Source: Octopus sinensis
Taxonomy: Eukaryota
Direction of reading: 5' to 3'
NCBI RefSeq assembly: GCF_006345805.1
Contig: NC_043002.1
Coordinates: 2,418,001-2,482,000, forward strand
Length of the DNA: 64,000 nucleotides
Of the stretch, positions 53,896 to 64,000 are shown piece after piece (the first letter of the stretch is position 1; every line of letters begins with the position of its first letter). A program made the position numbers and the translations under genes. A model generated the notes under the pieces. The model was not told the origin of the DNA and did no database searches. It saw nothing but the letters and a program-made list of their open reading frames with translations.

Positions 53896-53959
<64 letters not shown>

Positions 53960-54051
53960 CATCATCATCATTATTATCATCATTATTATTATCATCATCA
54001 TTATTATTATCATCATCATCATCATCATTATTATTATTATTATTATTATTA
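53608..54051. repeat. (ATT)n/(ATC)n array, ~440 bp
   Basis: Direct inspection. Confidence 0.97.
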
Positions 54052-54564
54052 CTCAGTAGTTTTATTTTTATAGCGTGCTTTCACTTCACTACCGAGCGCA
54101 GCTCTGTGTGCCTTGGGTATGTGCTGTGATTTGTTGTGATGCTCTGATGGTTATTGTATGGAATGTGTTCTGCGTAGGATGTGTGCAGTGCCTAGTAGTG
54201 CAATTTTCTGTATGTTATATGTGTTTGTAAGTCCTGGTGTTTTTGTTATGTATTTGTCTGAATATCTTTTATCATGCCTAATGCACCTACTATGATAGGA
54301 ATTGTTTCTGTTTTCAGATTCCACATTCTAGTCACCTCTATTTCCAGGTCTTCGTATTTTGAGAGTTTCTCCATTTCTTTTAGAGACACGTTGTCATCAG
54401 CCGGTATTGATACATCAATTAGAAAGCATTTTTTTTCTTCATGGTCTCTGACAACTATATCTGGTCTGTTGGCCTTAATTTCTCTATCTGTGTGTATCGG
54501 CATATCCCAGAGTATGGTTGCTTTCTCGTTTTCTGCCAGAGTATGGTTGCTTTCTCGTTTTCTG
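54052..54564 (-). mobile_element. R4/Dong-type short 3' fragment, a fourth subfamily
   Basis: ILWDMPIHTDREIKANRPDIVVRD...LIDVSIP...KYEDLE...IPIIVGALG. Confidence 0.9.
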
Positions 54565-54926
54565 TTATTATTATTATTATTATTGTTATTATTATTATTA
54601 TCATTATTATTATTATTATTATCATTATTATTATTATTATCATTATCATTATTATTATTATGATTATTATTATATGCTATTACTGGTTTTGACATTTTCG
54701 ATTATTTTGTGTTTTTGAAAGAAAAACCATTTAGAATGGAACTAGAGAATCGTTATAAATGTCTAAATTGAAATAGTTGTTGTTTTAATCATTGTTGAAG
54801 TCTGTAATGTTAATAAATAACAATGGCTAAAAGTATCATAAAACAATAATAACGCCAGCACAGACGATATGCGAGGCGAATTAATAATCATTGGGATCTA
54901 AGAATTATGTGTGTGTGTGTGTGTGT

Positions 54927-54978
<52 letters not shown>

Positions 54979-55684
54979 TGTGTGTGTGTGTGTGTAAATC
55001 AAGAATAAAGACAAGAATTTTGAAATGTCAAGTAACGTTTGAAATATGTTAAAATCTTGCGAAACTGTTTGGAAAATATAGGCTCTTGTAATTTGAAAAT
55101 TGGAAAATAAATGTCGCACCATTATCATTTGAAATGAATCATTTATATGTTTATTTTGAAAGACACATTTTTGAAATGAATAAAATATTCGACTTTTCGT
55201 TAAATTCAATTTTAAACGCTTTACAATTTTTCGTTAAATTCAATTTTAAACGCTTCTTTCTTCTAATAGAATGGAGCATAATCTTTTTGACATAAATAGT
55301 TATTTATTAGGCCAATGGCCTTAATAGATTCAAAGTATATTGGAGTGTTCGCTTTACTTGTTGTGGTTTCTAACTACGAGTACTTAATACATTTTGTCTT
55401 TATTTATTTCTGCTTGAAGAAAGATTAATACTTTCCAGAGAATCAAATATATTTTATTGTTAGACATTATATTTACAATAATACATAATTTACTTACTAC
55501 AAAATTGTATATAATTTAGTAGAGCTTATAAAATATAGTAAGAAAACTTACAAATCTACAAGAAAATTGTAGAAAGGAGACATTTTGTTAGTTGTATAAA
55601 TAACTAAAATGCACTGTAAATGTTACTAGAATGGTGGCAGTGTTCACCTTTGAAGATTTATGCATCAATGTAGAAAGAGACATA

Positions 55685-55945
55685 AGGCGGCGAGCTGGTA
55701 GAATGGTGAGCACGCCTGGCGAAGTGCTTAGTGGTATTTCGTCTGCCGCTACGTTCTGAGTTCAAATTCCGCCGAGGTCGACTTTGCCTTTCATCCTTTC
55801 GGAGGTCGATTAAATAAGTACCAGTTACGCACTGGAGTCGATATAATCGACTTAATCCGTGTGTATGTCCTTGCTTGTCCTCTCTGTGTTTAGCCCCTTG
55901 TGGGTAGTAAAGAAATAGGTATTTCGTCTGCCTTTACGTTCTGCG
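55685..55945 (+). mobile_element. SINE family A
   Basis: taaggcggcgagctggtagaatggtgagcacgcc...gagttcaaattccgccgaggtcgactttgcc. Confidence 0.85.
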
Positions 55946-56021
55946 TCGGCCCGAGGTACTTGCCAAGGTGTTACGCAATGGGACTGAGCCCGGTGCCATG
56001 TGGTTGGTAAGCAAGCTTCTT

Positions 56022-57938
56022 TATTTCATTAAATTGGCTATATAGGCCTTACAAAGAGAAGCTTGTCGGCTGGACATGGACAGGATGAGATGAAATGAAA
56101 CAAAATGATACGGATGAGAGGGATGTCGGCGCCCACCGACCGACAAACCCTCGAATACAAAGTTTCTTACAACAATTCTCTTTGTCAGGTTCGCCAAGCT
56201 AAGTGACTTGCCGCCTGCAGACAACTCTGCATCGACAAGTCGGGGCCTGCAAAGAGGAAAGCAAATTCTTCCTTGTCAAAGGTCACATTTTTTCAGTTAC
56301 TACCTCCGCAGCCACCTGCGGAAGCCATATTGGACTACTTGAGCAGACCGAGTACACAAGTTGTCGGTCACTCAAGCCGTCCAAAAATTTACTCACCGTC
56401 CCTCCCTAGTGGTAAAGGAGGACAAACACCTCCTCTTCATAGGAAGGGACCTCACACTGCTCCGTCAGTGGCCCACTTCCCACTGACGGAGCCCTATCCG
56501 CAGGTGGCACACATCCCACCTGCGGCTCCGTCGGCGGCCCAGGTACATCCGCCGACCGTCCTCTGCTCCTCTTTTTCCTCTCTCTTTTTGAGGCTGCGGA
56601 AGCAGGGGGCTGCGTCGACAGACGCGGGGGGTCGCTACCCTCCTCCGCCACCTAAACATTCTTTGGTGAGCAACCATTGTTGCTCACCTTTCTTTTTCTT
56701 TTCGTGGAGGCAACTTCCTCCACGACTTCCACCGCCCCCCTCCAATGAGGGGGCGGCGGGCACCTTCTCTTTCTCATGCTCCAGGGCCCCACCACGGCCC
56801 CCTGGACAGTTCCTTTTGATATGGCCAGGCTCCAGGCACAGGTGACACTGGGGGGGGGGGGCGTCCCACATGTATCACCGTGTACCTGTACCCGGCCATT
56901 TTTAGGAAATCCGGAAACATCATGTCTCCCACGGCCACCGGGGTCCACAGGGTCAAAGTTGACTTTGACACCTCCCAGTCGACTGCGGGAGTAATCTTCA
57001 CACTCAATAGCCAAGGCCCGCTATCCCCCAGGCCTCGCCGGATGGTCTTCTCGATCCATCCCGCTTCCGTACCCGGGGGAAACCCGCACACCCAGGCTCT
57101 TCTTATCTTTCTCCCACAATAAGTGGGGAGGAACAAAATTTCTTCTCCCTCTGCCAGCTTCCTCGGGGGTACCAAACAGCAACCACACCGTTGCAAATTT
57201 GGTCCCCCGTGAAATAAATTTTATAGTTGGCAGGTAGTCTGCCAACTCTTTCTCTATTACGCTCTTGTCGAAGAGGGCGATGGCACCACACGACCTAGAA
57301 TAGGTCCATAGTACCACCGTCCTTCCCTCAAGGCTTTCAATCTATTGCTTAGGTGGGACCACCTCCCATTCTAAGGCACTTTTTGCATTTGCAATGTTAA
57401 AAGTCAATTCAAAAGAAGAAGGAAAGTCCAAATGAATTAATAAGTCCAAAAAGAAAATAAATAAGTCAGTTCAAAAAATGAATGAAAATAGAATTCGAAA
57501 GAAGCGCAAAAACAGCTCCAAAAAGAAAGAAAAAACCCCAGAAGGATAGAGAAAGGAAAAACAGTTCACACAGCAAACATCAATGGCCAACAGGTACTCC
57601 TGGCCAACTTCGTAGATTCAATGGTAATCCAACAAGTTTCAATGGCAAAGTCCAGTAAGTTCGGGAGAGGATACGCCCCATTTTCCTCCCAATACAACAA
57701 AACAACAAACAGCAGCCACCGGCCGCAGGCAGAATTGCTTCGGAGCTGGGTGAAATTTATCAACAAACAAACAATTACTATTTGACAAATTACACCCAAC
57801 TCAAACGAAAACAAAACGACCTCGACGAGCTTCTGCTGCTGTTGTTCTTTTTTCTTTCAGTTCAGTATTGGACGAAGCCAACGCACTCACCTCCACCTCG
57901 GTTCACTGTAATAAGCAACACCAACGCGCATGTGCGGG
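56022..57938 (-). mobile_element. GC-rich ORF1-only (gag-like, CCHC) retroelement, possibly L1/Tx1-like, with 13-bp flanking direct repeats
   Basis: Three overlapping frames (57317-57021, 57196-56774, 56871-56635) join into one protein with CHLCLEPGHIKRNC (CX2CX4HX4C) and a Lys/Pro-rich tail; AAGCAAGCTTCTT at 56009-56021 and 57939-57951; no RT or endonuclease seen. Confidence 0.7.
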
Positions 57939-58029
57939 AAGCAAGCTTCTTACCACATAACCACTCCTGCGTCTACGTCACTATGCGCCTGCGTCAATAT
58001 GTATATTGATCTACGAAATATCGTTTAAT

Positions 58030-58240
58030 ATTTTGACACAAGGCCAGCACTTTTGCGGGAGCGGATAAGTTGATTACATCGAACCCAGGGCTCAAACTGG
58101 TACTCATTTTTTCGACCCCGAAAGAGTGAAAGGCAAAGTCGACCTCGGAGAAATTTTGAACACAACTTAAAACCGCACGAAACGCCGCCAAGCATTTTGT
58201 CCGGCCTACAAACGAGTTTGCCTGCTCCCCACCTTAGACT
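58030..58240 (-). mobile_element. SINE family A (decayed)
   Basis: cgaccccgaaagagtgaaaggcaaagtcgacctcgg. Confidence 0.7.
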
Positions 58241-60019
58241 CTACAAAACATCATCTCCTTTAAATGTGTTGCGGATACATATTTAGACAATCACATTCGA
58301 TTGCAACGTCATTAATATTATCCGGTTAAAAGTTTTTAGAAAACCTGATTTAACTCTTTTCATCATATAATGGCAGTGTTTGAAGCTTTCAACATCTCCC
58401 AGGAAAGAATAATGGCAAAACAAGAACAAGCTAAAGTAGATGTTCTTGAAAAAGTCAGCAATAAAAACTGTAAGTAAAATATATCAACGACAGTTTTAAA
58501 AATAAAATGACCAAAAAATAATGAAAAAAAAAAAAAACAAAATGAATATTTCGCTGCGATATCGTATTTTTGAAGAGAAATAATAGGTTCATTATAATTT
58601 GAAATGAAGAAAAATACTAATTGAGTATTTCACGATACTTTCTGACATTTTGTGGACTCAATTATTTACTATTACAGTTAAGTTTCTAAAAGTTAACTCT
58701 ACAGGAATTTCCGATAACCTTTCAATGGTTTCCTTAGACAAAATGGTTTCTTTTTCTCATCAAAGAAAACTAAATCTCAGGGGGGGGGGATTGGAAGTGT
58801 AACCATATTTGGCATCTCATTAAATTCCTGCTCAACGCCAGTTCTACGTTACAATAGTGAGAACGGTCGAAGGGGAAGAGAGATCGCTGGTTTAGAATTT
58901 TCTGAAAGACTCTGTCTCGTTTAGTACGTCTTACATCTAAGAACAAAATACATTTATTATTTTTTTCAATGTCTATAAACAGCAGCTAATTCGTTCTCTC
59001 GGGAGTCGATCTGTGTTTGTGTATGTCTCGGTGCCTGCGTAGGTCTGCTGTGTTTATGATTTGTTATGTGTGGAAGATCTTACAAATGGCGTTTTTCTTA
59101 ATCCCAGCTAATGACGTCGTTCTAGGATAGACTACCCTCTGCATATGCACACACACACACACACACACACATATACAGAGGGAGAGTAAAAGAGAGAGGC
59201 GTGTTTGTGTGTACTTTTACTGGCTCAGAGCACGATGGCTCGAGATCGATTCAACTTCGTGGTGCAACAAGCATGCGCCTTCTAATCGGGGTCTGTTCGT
59301 CGGAAATATAAATGTTTGTGTGTGTGTGTGTGTGTGTGTGTGCATTCGGGCACGTGCTTGTGTGTCCGTGCGCTTATTTATGTTTCGTTCTAACTGTTTA
59401 TATTGTGTCTTTCAATGTTGTGTAAATTAGCGTTCCGACAAACAGACGTGGATAAATTAAATATCAAACTGATTTGAGTATTGGAGTGGATATGATTAAC
59501 TGAACGGGTATAAATCAAAGAATGTTAAGTGGCTCGGGTTTGGGACCCGTGGTCGTTAAGTCACGAATTTCAACTATCAGACTGGGTGGCACGTTGGGTT
59601 TTTGAGCAAGGCACTTCGGTTCCACCCAGTTGAAAATTAGTGAGAGTAATAGTGCTAGTTAGGGGGTCTGGTGTCCCCTTCAAGGAGGGACGATGTAGTT
59701 TTGTGCTATCAGTCGCTTAAACAAACTCGGTCGTTCACTTTTCTTTCTAAATGCAGAAGAATACGCAGAACAAACCTACGGTTACTTTTGTGGGTATATA
59801 TTTACGTTCCTGTCTAGTTTCAGTTAAATCTGATACATTTTCACAATATGTATGCATTCATCACACACACCCACACCCACATACATGCACGCACGCACAC
59901 GCACACACAGTTGCATAACTTAGCATGAAGCCATTTGGTTTTTGTAGAAGGAATGAAAATTAAAATATTCGTAACATGGAAACATTTATAACACACGTAC
60001 ATTAATATATTTGTATATA

Positions 60020-60205
<186 letters not shown>

Positions 60206-60558
60206 GATATACATACATAAATACAATGTTATTGCCAATTGGAATATGCTGATATCACGTTCGAAGTCGTAAACAAGCCATTCACTGTGTTTTGTCATGG
60301 AGAATATTTATCGCTGTAGACAAATGGTGTAAATACACCTAGGTCAGTTCGAAGCGCCACCTACTTAAACTGTTAGACTTCATTCGAGCATATTCCAACC
60401 GGTAACAACATTGCATTTATCCACACCACTACTTAACGCTTCCCCTCCGTAATACACAAATACATTCATACATATAGAGATGAATAAGTACATAAATACA
60501 TACGGCCATACTTCCATACATACTGGCATACATACATACGTACATTAACACTTTTGCA

Positions 60559-61410
60559 GCGTGGTCTGATCAATAAGTATTTGGGACTGTTGCCATAGAA
60601 ACGATACTAAAGCTCGCAGAATAAAGCCGCTTGTCACAGATTGACCTTGAACTCTGCTGGGCATGCGCACTACGTTCTAACGTTCTAGACGACTTTCGCT
60701 GTTTACAGGAATGCTTCGAAGTAACGTGTGTAGCGTGTGTTCGTCTCATTGACCAGAAGAGTAAGTTGAGCAGAGAATCTGCATCAAATTTTACTAAAAG
60801 CTTGGCGATACCTGCTCAGAGCCCTTCGCAGTTTTGAAAAAGTTGTTATCGTTCTCGATACAATCAAGGATATTTTATGCAACCGAAATCCGAGCGCCCA
60901 TTTGGTCAGCTGAAAGTGGTTTGGGCACAAACTTGTCAGACACTCGTCTCATACCCAAATCTTCTGTGATAATGGACTGAACTGAATCACAACTAATCTG
61001 CATATCCTCTGATAACTAACGGATGGGGATTCGACGATTTTCCTCACAGCTGCACGCACATCAGCGATGTTTTTCTCAGTTCTGCTGGTTGACCGGTCTC
61101 CCAGAACGTTCGTCAATATCGGGAAACATTTAAACAACCCGTACACTTGTGTGCGGCTCATACACTCCCCTCCCCATACACTTTCTGCAGTTTTGCATAT
61201 CGCCATGATAACATGGTCAATGCGACAATCAAACATTACACACCTTCCTTCCAAGCACTGCTGTAAACGGTGAAAGTGAGCTAGAGCGTTAAAACTTAGT
61301 GTGCATGGACAGCAGAGGTCAAAATCGATCTGTGCCAGGCGGCTTTACTCTGCGTGCTTTAGCTTCGTAACTATGGCAATAGTCTGGATACTTATTGATC
61401 AGACCTAGTA
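60559..61410. mobile_element. Non-autonomous mariner made of two convergent 5' ends
   Basis: ggtctgatcaataagtat termini; arms homologous for ~200 bp; EQRICIKF..KLG on + and YAKLQKVY..ECMSRTQVY..RSTSRTEKNI on -. Confidence 0.8.
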
Positions 61411-62800
61411 TTTCTACATTTATAAACAAACTTTGAAGGAAAAAGGAAAAGAGAACGCCGTGCATTCCTGCGTTTCTCCGTCGTGGGGCACCAGAAACAA
61501 AACGGACTTCATTCGTAAATAGATGCGTGACCAATCACTCCAACAATTCATACTGATGATACTTTCATGGCTAACGTTTTGGAAAAAAAGCATCTTACTT
61601 GAAAACTAGAATCTTATTTTCGAAGGGTTTCAATACAGCCTGCTATTTTCGTAAAGCTAAAGTTTAAAATGAAAATTTATACTCATCTTGATTTAAGACT
61701 TTTAGGAAGAGAAATCTTTGATAAATTATCAATATCGATTGAATAAATCGCTAAGAAATTAAAAATTTGGATTTGTGTTGCTTATAAACCTCACAATATC
61801 AAGATAACTTATTAGATGTTGCGTAATGTTTATAACAAACTTCAATATTTAAAGCATCGAATCGGGTCATTGTCTGAGACGCCAAGAATTTGAGTTTACA
61901 TCAACTTAATTCCTTGAAAATATTCATTGCTTATTTTGAAGAAGACACATCTATTTATTGGACAGTCATCAATCTATTAACTTATTTCTCTCGATTTGGC
62001 GGAAGACCAATTCTGTACAAGGAAAGTAGAAGATTATATGAACGAATATATTGATTGCTCTTGAAAAAAAGCGAAACCAATTTTTGAGAGAAGGAAGTGG
62101 GGAATACAAGATTGAAACGACCCAAATATATTAATTTCATTTGAGTAAACATAATGTGTTATGGAAAAAATCCGAAAGTAGGCAACCCTAGTTTATAGAT
62201 TTCTTTTGACAAGGAATGGTAATATTTATTTCGTTTGACTACACACGAAACCAATATTGTAAGGAAAATATATCTAATTGATACATGGGAACTAATGCAT
62301 TACTGGTATCCATTTTCCTGATTCCGAGCAGTTGAAAAACTAATCAAACCATTAAGTTTTGAAAGCAGGTAAAGCTAAACGGTGAGAGATATTTAGTGCA
62401 AAACAATTACTGGTACATTTTCCACACGGGAAAATGAAAAGCAAACAAACTACGGTAAGATTTCAAATTTTGATAACGAAATTAGATATTAAGAATTTAG
62501 TACACACCATTTCAGCGACTCCACCATTTTGAATATCACACATGATTCACTTCTATAATATACCAGCAAAACCTAGATTCAATTGAAGCAACCCACTTCT
62601 TATTAAATTCAATTTGAAGATTAAGGAGAAAATTTTGGCGCAAGATATCATTGTTTAAAATGTCGGATCCCCTGAATCTTGCGTTTTTTCCCTCCAGTAA
62701 TAATTTAAAGTTTAAATTTGGAGGACCCACAAATTGGTAACTTTTAGTTATACATACACAAACACACACACACTCATACATACATACATACATACATACA

Positions 62801-62831
<31 letters not shown>

Positions 62832-63548
62832 GTGTATGTGTGTGTGTATGTATGTATGTATGTATGTATGTATGTATGTATGTATGTATGTATGTATATA
62901 TGTATGTAGGCATGTATGTATGTATGTATGTATACATATTAGTGACCTGTAAATTCGGTTGTAGACAAAAATGAGTAACGGATAGGAATTTTATGTTTAC
63001 CAAAATTGAAACTCGTTTGCAATTTTAACGATATTGATGTTTAACATCTTTGGCAGCCCAGAGCCCTGTCACGGCGCACCAGACTGGTAGCTCCACAGTG
63101 ACGCTTACATCACGTTGGCACCGCGAAAGTTAAACTTACAGAAATAGAGAAATGGGTGAGAAAGTCAATCGTCAGGTTTAGTTCGATAGCTTTCTCTCCC
63201 GAAATCAAAGTGTTGTTGATTGAATAATCTTATCTCTTTGGACAAGTGATTTGTTGTGGCAGATGTAATCGACTACTGAACCTCTTCCAAAAAAGAAATG
63301 CATTTAACTTAATCACAACAAATCGATAAAACAGCATTGTGTGACAAATGTCGTAAATGAGTAGCAATAAAGCAGGACAGTGTGTCCTCCTGGTTGAATC
63401 GAATTCACTTCACTGAAGCCGCCGTTAACGCCTGAGAACGAAGCTTTGTATCCAGCTTACGATATAATAGTCCTGCGTTGTTATTCGGTATTATTTACTG
63501 AGATGTAGACTTCTTTCAAGAGAATGAATGAATGAATGAATGAATGAA

Positions 63549-63606
<58 letters not shown>

Positions 63607-64000
63607 TGATGATAATAATAATAATAACAGATGGACAAAACACATGACACAGTAGGTATGTTTTATTACATTGAAACCGAACTTGTGCAAAGCATCAGAC
63701 TGTAATAATTAACGGCCATGTTATGACAGTAATTTTCTTTTCAAACTCAGATCGATAAATTGCAGTCATATGGAAAATATTGTTAGAGTAATAGCAGTGA
63801 CAATGAAGGTAGAACACACAGTTCATTTCATTTCTCTTCCGATCTTATTAACATGTTTAATCGTTGAGCAAATCTTGCATTTAGGTTTATGAAGTGTTAC
63901 CTTGTGTCAATGTTGGAATTCATTTTTATCAATATTATTTTTGCTTTGTGAAATACCCAACTCTGTAAGAATTATGGACATCATTTCGAATGAATTATTT

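Noticed and set aside
54360-54400. CTGATGA...GAAA on the minus strand
   Set aside because: It falls in RLE coding sequence (PADDNVSLKEMEK) and has no stem II.
55194-55255. 28-bp direct repeat with a 6-nt gap; similar 17-bp pair at 30115-30170
   Set aside because: Two-unit local duplications only; not a CRISPR-like or regular array.
55636-55650. TGGCAGTGT, the miR-34 family 5' end
   Set aside because: The match stops after 9 nt and no precursor hairpin is evident.

Overview
AT-rich eukaryotic intergenic or intronic DNA, dense in microsatellites and transposon relics. The SINE families and the (TA)n/(CA)n/(TAA)n/(GATA)n load resemble an octopus genome; this is an inference, not a database match. 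No host protein-coding gene could be supported, and most ORF-track entries are translated microsatellites. Recognisable elements are a decayed Penelope-like element (RT plus GIY-YIG), six R4/Dong-type RLE retrotransposon fragments tied to (TAA)n, RTE, CR1 and CRE-like fragments, Tc1 and mariner relics, MITEs and many tRNA-derived SINEs. The main unexplained signal is a set of about seven sequence-unrelated minimal type I hammerhead ribozyme motifs, most next to (TA)n arrays. Two lie at the centre of near-perfect ~300-bp palindromes, and one follows a tRNA-like Pol III head downstream of the Penelope ORF. A second signal is a GC-rich ORF1-only (CCHC) retroelement that splits a SINE tRNA head between 13-bp direct repeats. 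All ribozyme folds were parsed by eye and none has been tested.
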